A stretch of DNA of 64,000 nucleotides from Geosiphon pyriformis uo1 (taxonomy: Eukaryota > Fungi > Glomeromycota): NCBI GenBank assembly GCA_016748015.1, contig JAAOMT010000376.1, positions 93,283 through 157,282 of the forward strand. The letters run 5' to 3'. The position numbers and the translations under genes are program-made. Below, piece after piece: positions 51,401 through 64,000 of this stretch (position 1 is the stretch's first letter; every line of letters starts with the position of its first letter). Below the pieces are notes generated by a model. The model saw nothing but the letters and a program-made list of their open reading frames with translations, ran no database searches and was not told where the DNA came from.

Positions 51401-53519
51401 GACAGCACTCGGATGGTCACACCATCGCTTTGAGCTTTTCTGCGAATTTTAGGCGTGTTTTCTCAACATATTTGATTGTTGAAAACCTCAATAACCCTGC
51501 CGACACGAAAACAATTCGGGTTGTGATGGAGGTAAACCATTTTGATTAATCCAATTCCTCACTATATATCAGATTTGATGATTATTGCGTTAAAAATTCT
51601 TTCGGCTTTTCTCAGGTTGTTGCCAGACAAAATTTAAGGCGAGGGGCAAGTGCATCTGTGCAAAATAACCATGTTTTTGATATTTATGTTAATGGTGTCG
51701 ATACAAGCCAAACCTGTATCGAAATGCTTAACTTGTTCTATGGATCAGAATATTCGGCTCGCAGTATGGTAGTGTATAATCGGGAGACGGTACCACTAGA
51801 ATTTACGGTATGTGTGTGTTTTTTTTTAAATAACACGTCCATCATCACAATTAATTATTTGAATATCTAATCCTCTATAGTTTCAAACAAGTATTGATTA
51901 TGAGGATCCATCTGAAATCGTGTTTTCAACTTCTCGCATGTCGGCCAAACTGTTCAAAACGCTCACTGTAGAACCTGAAAGCAATGTTCGCGTCTATATT
52001 AGGCTTCTTCCCTTACCCCATGCTGAAATTCAAGGTTCACTGGATCGTGGAGAATATCGAGATCCTAATGAAGTGGAGAAGAAAATCATCGAGATATATG
52101 TAAACTGCAGATTGGTTAAAGATTATCAACAAACAGTAATCCTAAAAGCAGAATGTCGAATTCCTTCATTGAGAGTGGTATATAATGAATTTGAGGCTTT
52201 GAAAGGTATTTAAAAAATAAAATCTTCGATATAAATAATTTATGAATTCTGTTATAAACTCTAATATCTAAAAATAGGGAAAATCTCGCGCTCCGAGTCG
52301 AACTCAAACGATGAAGAATGGGTGATCAAATTCGAAAGCGATTATAAAGAAATTCGAGTGAATAATCTGCTCGGGATTCCTCTTGAATATGAAATCGTCA
52401 ATGATACAATGTATTTTCTGTTGGAACTTCCCGATAATACCAAGAATATTTTACCATTTTCACATCATAATATTAAAGTACGACCTAATATTAAAGCATT
52501 AATGAAAAATGCCGAGAACGTGAGACGTGTAAGCTAAAGCCAAATATTTCATCAAAATGATTTTATTAAAACAACCAAAATACTAAAGTTCACCCAACCC
52601 AATTTTCAAGGAGAAATATATTCAAGAAAATATCACGGTTTACAATAGGCGGCGTCCTTCTGAGAACTACTGGATTCCGCTACGTATAAGTTTCGGCTAT
52701 ATTTCGAATTTTCAGGTTGATTTATTTTATCGTCACTTCAATATATCCATCTTGGTTACTGATGTTATTATCCTTTCATCTCTGACCTAATTTTTGTTAA
52801 CAGCTCGCCTCTGGTTATCGCAGCTCATATGCTTTTGGTATGCTTGAAAATCACACCGTTCGCTTTCTTAGTGATTTCAATAGCAATACACACTTGTTTG
52901 ACATTTTTCCCAACCTAAACGACGAGGTAAGGAAATAAAAGTCTTCCGTTTTTTACTTGGATTCCGAATTCCGAATTCCGAACAACAAATTAACGAATTT
53001 CCACAATCTGATAGGAAATCAAGGGAAAAATGATTGATCTTGAATTCCATTATTTCTACATAGTGGACCAACTCGTTTATTACGCTACCATTAAAACTGG
53101 AGAAAATTGGTTTCAATTGGCCAGCTTGTTATTTGGGTTGGTTTTCGCATCTTTTTATTTCTTTAAATTTGCATTTATATAACTTTTTCTCTTGGTAGAA
53201 CTGTATTGGGAAGCAATATATTTCAAAAATACGCCCCGTCTTACCTGAAAAAGCCTGATTTTCTGATCGAGAATGCAAAGATCTGGCCCTCTGTTTTGGT
53301 CAAGTGGGTTCGTAAAATCTTTCCAATTACCTCGATCTAGCATTGATTTTTTGATTAACAAATTGCTTTTTCATTCTTTCTTTAATTTCGTATATATAGG
53401 TCTCTCCTCTGAATTATTTCATTTCCTTCTTTCCATACCACAATACAATGCTAGAGAGCTTAAAAGATTTACACAAAAGTTTAATAATATCGCCGCCAAA
53501 CAGTGGAACAAATTATTAA
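42405..53519 (+). CDS. Giant (~3,400 aa) uncharacterised protein with repeated Ig-like/ASH(PapD-like) beta-sandwich domains; about 10 exons
   Basis: Exons are approximately 42405-43488, 43616-51531, 51616-51807, 51881-52205, 52278-52528, 52611-52715, 52804-52926, 53015-53135, 53199-53307 and 53400-53519, joined in frame by GT-AG introns. Recurrent motif [I/L/V]xFG...[I/L]x[I/L]xN. The domain call comes from motif pattern only. Confidence 0.85.
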
Positions 53520-53934
53520 TTTGAAATGATATTTTTAGTGAAAAGATACATAGCAAAGATTTTGTACAGTTATCTAAGTGATTGTAGATAAATTGAATAA
53601 TACTAAATAATTAATAGACTGTTACGATAATAATGCCAATTGTAATTATAATAATTTGTAAAAAAAATAAATGCCAATGTGTCAGTTTGCAAGTAAGCAA
53701 ATAGGATCATTTTCGACATAGAAAGTTTCCCTATTTTGGTTTAGAGAGAATATGATATAATGGAATATCCAAGATGCATATTTTTTCAATAATGAAACCC
53801 AACAACTGAAGGAATTTAAACTAATTCATTTATTTCTTTTTGGAGTGTTGGTGTCAAGAAAAAAGATTGAAGCTTTCAGAAAATTCTGTTCTATTTCTAT
53901 AATTTAAAATTATCTATTGTATTTTTTTGAGTTC

Positions 53935-56292
53935 TCATCTCATTGTTGGCTATTAAAGAAATAAAAAATTTATTAGGTAATAGATCAAAATAATGTCAAT
54001 CATTAAGAAGTTTCTATTAAATACCATATTAACGGCAGCGTGGCTATGACCAGCATCTTCCTTTCTCCAAAGTGACGTGATGGTTTTTGTTTGAGTATAG
54101 AATGATATTCCGGATTTACCATCTGTGACATAAAGTTGAAGAGTCAGAGGGGCCATGAATCATGTGGAACAAACTCAAGACAAAATACTCACAAAAGTTA
54201 ACATCGCCTTGTATAGAACCACGACTTCCAGTGAAGGAAAACATGGGCAGCGGAACCGGAATAGGAGTGTTAACTTGAAATTGAAAAGTCGAGGAATCTT
54301 AGAAATTGTTCATATATTGTACAACACAATAGTCATTAAATAATAGATTACCTCCTACTTGCCCCACATCAATATTCTGACTGAAATAGCGAGCATTGCT
54401 TCCATTGTTAGTAAAAATGGCGGTACCATTGCCGTATGGGTTTTTATTAATTAATTCAATCGCCTCATCAAGGGTTTCAACAGATAAGCATACAAGAACA
54501 GGCCCAAATATTTCTTCCTTATATAAAGGCAAAACTTTCAGAAATCAATGACCGAGTTCCAATGAAAGAAAAGGTAAATTTATATCTTACCTTATAACAA
54601 TCCATGCTTGTATTGACGTTGGCCAATATGGTAGGTCCTTAATTAAAAAGAAGTGTAAATCTAAGGTTGTTCAAAAAAAAGCCTCAAATCAGATTCCCCA
54701 CAAACCAACAAAATTTCCGTTTTTATATTTATCCGGAAGGGGAGGGTTACGACCATCTAACAGAAGATCAGCGCCCTGATCGACACCACTTTGTATTAAT
54801 CCTTCTACGCGTTGTTTTGCTAATGGACTGATCAAAGGACCGAGATCAGCATCAGGTTCAAATCCACCAGAGACTTTAAGTTTTTTTGCACGCTCTACAA
54901 GCTCTGGTAACCATTCTCGCGCTTTACCGACAAAGACCACAGTTGATAAAGCCTTGAAATTGTGAAAGTCTTAAAATAAATATCTCGAGATCAAACTTTC
55001 TAAGCTCTGATTTTAAAATACCATGCACCGTTGACCAGCTGCACCAAATGCTGCCCCTGTAAGTTGATTCAAGGTGTGGTTCTAAGAAATAAAAGTCATT
55101 TTAAGTAAAAAAAAAAGATTGAAAGATCAAATGGTTTAATAGAAATAAAAAACCTTATTTGAATCAGACAATATGACTCCATGATTCTTGGCCCCCAAAT
55201 TCGCCTAAAGTATGAATTTCAATCAACATTAAATAAAAATATTTTGATGATACAACTTCGATTTCAAAAAATAATATTCAAACCTGAACTCTTTTGCCGT
55301 TAGCACTTCCGCGTTTATGTATATATTTCCCGGCTGAAGCAAAATAAATGAAAAGTTAACATTCAAGCGTCCAATCGAAACCTCATAATAAACTAATCGT
55401 GGGCATACCTTTATCACTACCAACAAATGAAATGGCTTTGATGTGTTTATTATCACACAAAAAGTTAACGGTATCAACAGATCCATGAACTACATTTAGA
55501 ACACCTTTTGGTATTCCTGCTTGTTCAGCTAATTTGGCAAGAAGTATCATAGCACCAGGATCACGTTCCGATGGCTTAATGATCATTGTATTTCCTGCCG
55601 CAATAGAGAGTGGAAACATCCACAATGGAATCATTGCCGGAAAATTGAATGGACATATACCAGCGGTGACGCCAAGGGGTTGTCGCACCGTGTATGTGTC
55701 CATATCAGTTGCTACCTCCAGCTTTTCTCCCATCAAGAGATTGGGGATTCCACAGGCGCTTTCAACAACCTGTAACCCTCTAAGAACGTCGCCCTTAGCA
55801 TCTATAAACGTCTTGCCTTGTTCCTCTGTAATAGAGCGAGCAATCTCATCCATGTTCTGACGAATTAAAAGTTGAAAATCTAGCATTACTCGTTGTCTAT
55901 GAAGTACAGATGTTTTGCGCCAAAATTTAAAAGCCTCGGCAGCGGTTTCGGCAGCAGCATCCAATTCTTCAGTCGTAGTTTCTGGTACACGAGTAATCAA
56001 TTCATTATTTGCCTTTAAAAGATAATTGTAAATAAAACAAGTTTTATGCGTGAATCTCAGGTTTATTGCAATGAAACCTCACCGGATTATATAGGGGGAT
56101 CCAACGATTTGTGCTAGACTCTACAAATTCCCCGTTGATATATAATTTTGTGCTGGGGACATCTTTTATGTCAGCAGAAATTGATTGGAAGGAGCGCGGA
56201 GTTACAGAAAAGGTTCGAGCTTGACCAAAAGAACGTAAACGTGTGGCTAAAAACCCACAATTTCTAGAGGATAACAGTGCTCGCAATAGCAT
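53935..56292 (-). CDS. ALDH6A1: Methylmalonate-semialdehyde dehydrogenase (acylating), mitochondrial; multi-exon
   Basis: Arg/Ser-rich presequence, [50 protein letters not shown] (catalytic Cys ~55025), EEIFGPV and C-terminal MPTMR. Confidence 0.96.
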
Positions 56293-56583
56293 GATCAGTT
56301 ACAGCAAGGATAAAAAATTGAAAGTGAATTAACTTACGTTTTTTGTGACAGAAGCCGATGAATACTTACCGTTTTTGAGCACGTTACACCAAATCTTTTA
56401 TATTTTAAAAAGGCTAAGGTGATTTTCAATTGTTTGTAGGAAAGCTCAAATTAGTAGTACATCAATAACCGATAATTATTAGCTAATCACTGAGTGCATC
56501 TTGTTGATATGTGGAGATATGACGGATCTCCTGTCAAACATGTGGATTAGAAATCAAATAAAACTTCTTTGTATATTATTACA

Positions 56584-58572
56584 ATGACGTTCTCTGGAGC
56601 TGTATTTCTAACAGATCTCAATGACTACATTGCACCTTCCCAAGCTTGCATTAAACCTGTCGAGGTCAAGAAAACTAAGGCCGACTTTACAGCTGTAAGT
56701 CGGTTTTAAGAGTTTTCTAATAAATTCGCTTCCTTTTATAAAACTTTTTGTCTTCGACTTATAGGCAGCTATAAAGATTGATGACTCGGGAGGTTATTAC
56801 GAAGTTTCCCAAGATGGTAGTGAGACAAAGCTCGAAACGGCGAGCATAACCCTTAATGATTGCTTAGCTTGCAGGTATGACCAAATTTTTGCTACAGCTG
56901 TTTAAGGAATTCAACAGAACTCTATTTTACTTTGAACCTTTTGTAGTGGATGCATTACATCAGCTGAGAGTGTTCTAGTTAGCATGCAATCCCATGAAGA
57001 GCTTTACAAAATTTTGGAAAGTAATCGAAAATTGATCGAAAAAGATAAGAAAAACGATATAAAAACGGTTGTCGTTTCAATTTCTCCACAGAGCCGTGCT
57101 TCGATTGCGGCTAAATACCAACTTACCCCATTACAGGTGGGATTACTAAAAATTCAGTTTAAACCAGTTGATATTGAGCGTCACCATTCTTACTGCTTTA
57201 ATTCAAGGTAGCCCAACGGCTCACACACTTTCTGAAATCTCTCGGTGTGCATCATGTTTTCGATACTTCTTTCTCGCGTGATCTTTCACTTATAGAAAGC
57301 GCACAAGAATTCGTCACAAGATATCGTGCTCTACAGGAGGAGGAGTCTCGCTCTCCAAGTTTATCTGATGATTACAGCTCAAAATCCAAAAAAGGTCGGC
57401 GTGCTGGCAATGTTTCAGTAGGAAATAAAGCTATGGTAGAAGCGCGACTTCCAATGCTCGCTTCTTCCTGCCCAGGTTGGATCTGCTATGCTGAAAAAAC
57501 ACATGATTTTACCTTGCCCTATATAAGTGAAACGAAATCTCCTCAACAAATTATGGGTGTATTAGTAAAAGATTATCTTGCGAGTAAACTCGGACTCAAG
57601 TAGATACATGTTCTCTATTCTTTATTTAATTTAAAGTTTTCATTGAAGTTGATAACTAATTTCATGGAAATCACGTAGACCAAATCAGATTTACCATGTT
57701 AGCGTAATGATGTGCTATGACAAAAAACTTGAAGCCTCAAGGCAGGATTTTTTCGGTGATGAGTATCAAACACGGGATGTTGATTGTGTGATAACATCTG
57801 GGGAAGTAGACAAAATGTTGAAGGAACAAAATTTTGATATTACAAAGTGTGCCGAGACACCTGCTTTAGATTCCTTCACTAAAGTTAACTCAGAAGGGCA
57901 ATTGCTAGGGTCAGCAGGGAGTGCTTCAGGTGGGTTTCTAGAATATATTCTTAGTTATGCAGCCCAAGAATTATTTGGTGTGGCTGAGATCGATGTCGAT
58001 CAAGAACGAGGAGTTTTTGTGAATTTTGGAAGAAACAAGGACTTTAAGGAAGTCACCCTTGAGGTTGGTAATCAACATCTATTTTTGTGTTTAATTTTTA
58101 ATACTAACAAGAATTTTTTTTAGATTGAGGGAAAATCTGTACTCAAGTTTGCATCAGCATATGGCTTTCGTAATATTCAAAATCTTGTTAGAAAAATTAA
58201 AAACGGCAATTCCCCATACCATTATGTTGAGGTGATGGCTTGCCCCTCGGGTTGTATTAATGGGGGCGGTCAATTAAAATCCAACGAGATAATTCCAATG
58301 AAAGATTGGATTGCCCATGTAAATTCAATCTATCGATCTGTTGACGAACTTGCCCCTGAAAAGAATGAAATGGTCAATCGGCTTTACAAGTTAGTTATTT
58401 TAAATTTGTGTGTTAAATAATAAAATCTCACAAGATACTTGAATCCTTTTTTTTTCCTTTTTTTAGCGAATGGCTGGGAGGTAAGAATTCTTCGAAATGC
58501 AAAAAATTGCTGAGAACCCAATATCATGCCATAAAACATACCTTGACGAGCCCATTAGCAGTCAAATGGTAA
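56584..58572 (+). CDS. NAR1: Cytosolic Fe-S cluster assembly factor (iron-only hydrogenase-like, CIAO3/NARFL); multi-exon
   Basis: [76 protein letters not shown] and a C-terminal Trp. Confidence 0.96.
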
Positions 58573-59452
58573 AAATTTGCTCAATCCCGTAAATTTGCTT
58601 AGCCTGTTATAAATTAAGAATTTCTTTTTTAAGTATTTTAAATGCATATGGATCAACACATACACATAATTTCAAAGGTCAAGCCAAAAAATAATTTTTG
58701 CATAAAAAATTTCAGTATAAAAAAAACCAAGTTTATTTTATTTTTAAATTAATCTTTATGTAAATATTTCTTTATAAACACATTTTAAAAATTTAAAAAA
58801 AGTGGCAATTTCAATAAAATAATAGCTCAAAACACACAAATTATATTATTTTAAGAAAATATGTTTAAAATTATAATCTAATTTTTAACTGTCTGATCAA
58901 AAATCTTGGAAGTATTATTAATATATATACAAAATAAAAAAATGTTTAAGAAAAGATTGGTTTGATGAAATTCCTCTCTCCTTTGGAAAGGAAAATCTCA
59001 TTGCTGGAAGGTATTTAGCCAACAAGTCTGTGGTAGTTTTTTAATTTTTTTTCATTAGGCGTTAAAAAAAATTTTCCTAGCACATGTTCACATTGTCTGT
59101 TGCAAATTACATTATAAATAGAGATGATAATATTTTTTGTCAAGATGTTTAAAATTTAAAATCAATTTCATATTATATATAATAAACAATATTATGATTC
59201 TTTATATTTAAACAAGCTTTTTTGATTAAATTTGTTCTTATTTTAGGTAAGTCAAAAATCGGTTTAGTTAGCGAATTAATATTATATTGTCAAATCGGAC
59301 CCTGACTGTAATCACATTGCCATGTGATGCTAGAGTCTACCCTTAACAGAAATCCCCGAATCCTAATATTTTTTCGCGTTTAGCTTTGAGTTTTTTGATC
59401 ATTATAAGAGGCGAAAAATAAAATAATTTTCTTTTATATTCTCTCCCTAACA

Positions 59453-61035
59453 ATGAAAGACACTGTTGCTGTGAGCGAAGGTGACAAATCTTCCCTTAGT
59501 ATTTTCAACTTCGCAAATATAACCATGCTCCATCTAAAATTCTAACTTGAGCAGATGATTCCAATTTGCTTGTATTGATCATTGATACAAATCCGTTTAT
59601 ATGGGCCCAATCTGCCGCCTTACATGATGGTCTTTCGTTGGATGAGGCTCTTAATCAAATTTTAATTTTCATCAATGCGCATCTGGCTTTCAAGCATGAC
59701 AATAAGCTTGCTGTCATAGCGAGTCATGTAGGCAAGAGGTATTCATATTCTCTTAGTTCTATTCTTAGACAGTTGAAACTAAGCGCCATTCTTCTTTTGA
59801 ACAGTAAATTCCTTTATCCCACATCAGAAACTATTCAAACCACTCAAAAATCCTTAAATAATGCGAGCTTTAGTAATGACGCGAATATGTATCAAACATT
59901 CCGCGCTGTTCATCATAAAGTCATTTTGGGTGTCAAGAAATTGGTTCAAGATTTTGAAAGCGCTAATTTATTTTCTGATAGCTCTAATTCGTCCAATGAA
60001 ACAGGCATGCAATTATTTTTGTGAATCAGATATTTGCCCTTTGAGGACGCATCTAATTATTAGCTTTCAAATATTTTGGATTTATAGCCGCGAGCTCTAT
60101 TATGGCTGGGGCAATGTCAATGGCACTTTGTTGTATCCTTCCAAGTTTAAACTGTTTTTATACCAATCTATGATAAACTTGTTTTAACTCTTTCTTTTAT
60201 TAGATATTAATCGAACATTAAAAGCAGATGACATTGGCCGTATAAAGCCTCGAATATTAGTTATATCATTATCCCCCGATTCCCCAGACCAATATGTGGC
60301 TATAATGAACTGTATCTTTTCTGCTCAAAAGTCTGTAAGTAACTTTTTATTCTGCTGAATTTCGTGACTTTCCCAATTTAATATATTTACTTTCATCATT
60401 AAGAGTATACCTATTGATGTTTGCAAGGTTTTTGGAGAGGACACGGTCTTTTTGCAGCAGGCAGCACATATTACTAACGGAACGTATATGAAACTTGATT
60501 TACCTCGTGGCTTTTTACAATACTTACTGGTAACTATTCTTTCTAAAAATGTTGTTGATTTAATTTTCATCATGATCTTTTTATCAAATCTTTGTTAGTA
60601 GCAGACATTCTTGCCCGATCGCTATTCAAGAACCATCCTCTGTTTACCCGGAAAAGAGCAAGTGGATTTCCGAGCGGCTTGTTTTTGCCACAAAAAGATT
60701 ATAGATATTGGATATGTTTGCTCTGTTTGCTTGTCAAGTATCCTTTATTTCCTTTCGCAAAATATTTGGTTTTAATCAAAATTCCTTAACCTCATTCCGT
60801 CATCTCAGTTTTTTGTGAACAAAAACTTGAAAAAAATGAGTGTTCGACATGCAGGTGAAAACATATTTAATTTGTGTTTTCTAATCGATTTAATGTTCAA
60901 CTCGGTATTTATACTCCAATGAATCCTCACAGAACACCATTGGATAATCTGTACCAAATCCCCACTAACGGAGTAGCGGTAGTAAATGGAATTAAGCAAG
61001 CCCAGAAAAATAAACTGCGCGAGACAACGTCATAA
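59453..61035 (+). CDS. TFB4: TFIIH subunit p34 (vWA-like domain plus C-terminal zinc finger); multi-exon
   Basis: [43 protein letters not shown] and DFRAACFCH...GYVCSVCLS...CSTC. Confidence 0.95.
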
Positions 61036-61147
61036 AAGATGAGGGGAGTTATTTTCAAATTTCATAAATTATAATGATATTCTAAAATCATGTATAGTAC
61101 AGTGTAGACGGAATCATTGATATTTTTGCTTAACACATTCTGAATTT

Positions 61148-62899
61148 CTAATTTGTTTTCTTTTTGCCTTCTTTTTCGCTATCTTTATTAAATATCCACA
61201 CGGCTGAAAATACTAAAAAACCAACCGACATTGACGCAGCTCCGACGTAATACGGATATGCAGAAGAAATAAATCTTGGATATTCATTATGTCGGAAAGG
61301 TCTCACGGCCATTGTGGTTGAATCTACTATGTACGAGTAGCCTTCTCGTTTATAGTTGACCTTGAACGTGAACACACCATAGACATCTGGTAATTTTAAA
61401 TGCGCTTCGAACTTTCTCGAATGATGTTGTGGGGTTATTGGTAATGGTATGAGAGTGCGACGAATATAAGGGTCAAGCATAATCACTTCCAATTGGATAT
61501 CAGTGCCATTAAACGGTTGCCAACGATCATTGGCATATTCTGATACTTCGATTGTATAAACCTATCAGTTTAGCAAAATAATATTTAGTCATGGATAAAT
61601 GATTATGGAAAATGTATTCTCACACTTACGATATTATCTTTAATTCTATAAGCGTCTAATTCTTCATCTTCCCCTTCCCGGTGAAGGTGACTTGAGATGG
61701 CTTTGAGTACGCCTGATTCTTGGAATGTCCATTTTATCAAATCGTCAACGAATGCTTTATTACCCGAGTTCAAATATCTGTTTGGACGAAAATTTATAAT
61801 TAGAGAAATTCGGAAACATAAACTTTAGGAAAAATGCTTACTCCTCGGAGGAATTAAATTTTCGAACGGGTGATTTGAATAAACTAGTTAGAGCAAAATT
61901 TCATAATAAAGAGTTATAAAATTAAGTTGAAAACACTTCAGAGTCAATATGGCTTACTGTAATCAACGTCATTGAGCTTACCTATCTTGAAAAAGCTCTA
62001 TACTGCCTACAAACGTGACCCTCGCGTTGTTCAAAGCCTGTAAGGCAGAAACGAGTGTAATATCATGCCCAACAAGGAAAGGGTCTTGATCAACTACCTG
62101 TTCTGCTTTAGTCTCATATGAATAAGCAGAATTACTAGCAACCCATGCAATCTTGGTCAATAATGGAGTAGTTCCAAATTTGTGCCCCACACCTCGGTAA
62201 AGAATTGGAGCTCCTTCTACAGTTGCTTTGCTCAAAATCACCGGATTTTTTGTCAACCCCTCATTGTTTAAAACAAGAAGGGTGTGTGTGCCATTATCAG
62301 AAACATCAAAATTGAAATGATCAATTACTGATGTTCCTTTATCATCAAATTCAATATCGAATTCTCGTGCAAAATCACGGATTGTTTCTGAGAGATTTGG
62401 AGATGCTGTCAGCAGAATATTCCCACCCTTATTCACAAAATTGATAAGGGCTGCAGAATTAAGTTTACTATTGGAAACTATCCAAATAAGGTTAAAAATT
62501 AGAAGAGATAACAACGAATTTTATAGAGCAAAGCTTCAGCCGATTAAGACATACTCTTGGTCCCTGGAGCAAAGTTTATTATGTGATCATAGGCCCGCTC
62601 GTCAAAAGAAAATAGATCAACCTTTGAATCAGAAGGGGTTTTGAAGGATAGAGTGTAGTGTCGGTCTGAATAAAGAAAATGGTTAAAAACACGCATATAA
62701 ACTCATCACTTGAAAAAGTTTCAAGTTTCAGGCCACACCAAGTACCTATTAGTGATTTGAAAAACAGCGAATAAAGACTTTCATCTGATTCCTTTTCCAG
62801 CAAGACTAGAACGCGTTCACCTGTAGTTGACTTTGCATTTATTTTAAGCGAAACTACTGCGACGAGAAAAACTAGGAGAGCGATATTTAGGAATCTCAT
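61148..62899 (-). CDS. WBP1: Oligosaccharyltransferase subunit Wbp1/OST48; multi-exon (alternative ATG at 62914)
   Basis: Signal peptide, RVLVLL...YSLFFKSL, GGNIL, QALNNARVTFVGS, DPYIRRTL, PDVYGVFTFKVNY, VRPFRHNEYPRFI, a TM helix and the KKTN ER-retrieval signal. Confidence 0.96.
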
Positions 62900-63058
62900 T
62901 ATTGTAAGTGGCATTTTTTCCCAAGTGTCCCGAGAAAGATTTTAAAAACTTGTCGACGTGTGACTGGTATATATATAATTATTTCTGATTGGATTCATCA
63001 CCTGAATCTCATTTTACAAAAGATTATATAGTTAAAAATTTCAATCTATGTATGTGAT

Positions 63059-63131
63059 GCCCTGATAGCTCAGTCGGTAGAGCGTGAGGCTTTTAACCTT
63101 AAGGTCGAGGGTTCGAGCCCCTCTCAGGGCG
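63059..63131 (+). tRNA. tRNA-Lys(TTT)
   Basis: 73-nt cloverleaf with GCCCTGA/TCAGGGC acceptor stem, CTTTTAA anticodon loop and GGTTCGAGCCC T arm. An oligo-T terminator follows. Confidence 0.97.
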
Positions 63132-64000
63132 TTTAATTTTTTTGAACTGTCAATTTTAACCAATTAAAACTCGAATTTAGTTTATGTATTGTATTTTTAT
63201 ATACAATATTTTTAAATTTCAAATAGTTTAACTTGAATAATTATAAATTATTATATATTATATATTAAAATTAAAATACAAATTTTTCTAAACATAAATC
63301 AATTATTACATATAAATTAAAAATTATTTTCATAAATTTGATTATTTAAACATAAAATATTAGATAACATGTTAAATAAAAATCGTTTATTATAAAAAAA
63401 AATACAAAATTTTTTAAGTATTTTTTATTTAACTTAATAAAAAATATTTTTGATTTTTTAAACTAATCAAATTTATTAAAAAATATTTTTTATAATTATA
63501 CAAGTTTTATATTTTTTGACTTTAATTATAATTTGTTTTTATATATAATTTAAAAATTTTCACAGTCAATACTTATTTTTTATTTATAATAAAATTTATA
63601 AATTTCTACTAGTCATTTTAGTTAATAAATTAATATATCTTTATTTTTTTTAATAATTTAATTATTTTATAGTAAAATTTATTAAAAATAACTGTTGAAA
63701 TAATTTTCCTAAAATATTAAATATCACTGATTATTGAAAAAATATTAAAAATATTAAAAAATATTCAAATCATTCGATAGGAATTAATTAAAAATTGAAA
63801 AATCCAACCAATGAATAATCTATGTAAATTTTAAATAAATAAATAAATAAAATAAAAAATAATCTTGATTTTTTTATAACGAGAATTTAATAAATATCTA
63901 TATTAAAAGTTTAAAAAGTTTAGGAAATGAAAAAAGTATTTATATATTTTAAATTCTAAAATGGTTTGATTTGTAAGAATATTGAAGATAAGGAAATATG

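Noticed and set aside
56584-58572. [FeFe]-hydrogenase
   Set aside because: The N-terminus ([13 protein letters not shown]), CPGW motif and terminal Trp are those of the ubiquitous Nar1/CIAO3.
58960-59005. Imperfect inverted repeat in the NAR1-TFB4 spacer
   Set aside because: It is too short and mismatched to support a MITE or structured RNA call.
63059-63131. Local tRNA-Lys as the primer for the Gypsy PBS
   Set aside because: Its 3' end (...CAGGGCG-CCA) is not complementary to TGGTGCTCTTCC.

Overview
Eukaryotic fungal genomic DNA with short GT-AG introns. The gene and transposon content suggests an early-diverging fungus (Mucoromycota/Glomeromycotina-like); this is an inference. Bases 1 to ~40,000 are a nested transposon block. 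It holds four copies of APE-RT-RNaseH-CCHC type LINEs in different states of decay and three copies of an apparently ORF1-only non-autonomous element, two of which end in the LINE 3' tail. It also holds one full-length 9.85 kb Ty3/Gypsy element (980-bp LTRs, PBS, PPT, 4-bp TSD) with a dUTPase, a Cys-rich Pol insert and an extra 3' ORF, plus three further LTRs. Every LTR insertion sits inside a non-LTR element. The repeats show heavy C>T/G>A transition decay in both CpG and non-CpG contexts, from nearly intact copies to extremely AT-rich relics. Bases ~40,400-63,200 are a compact gene block: an orphan or pseudogene, a ~3,400-aa uncharacterised multi-Ig/ASH-like protein, methylmalonate-semialdehyde dehydrogenase, NAR1, TFB4, WBP1 and tRNA-Lys(TTT).
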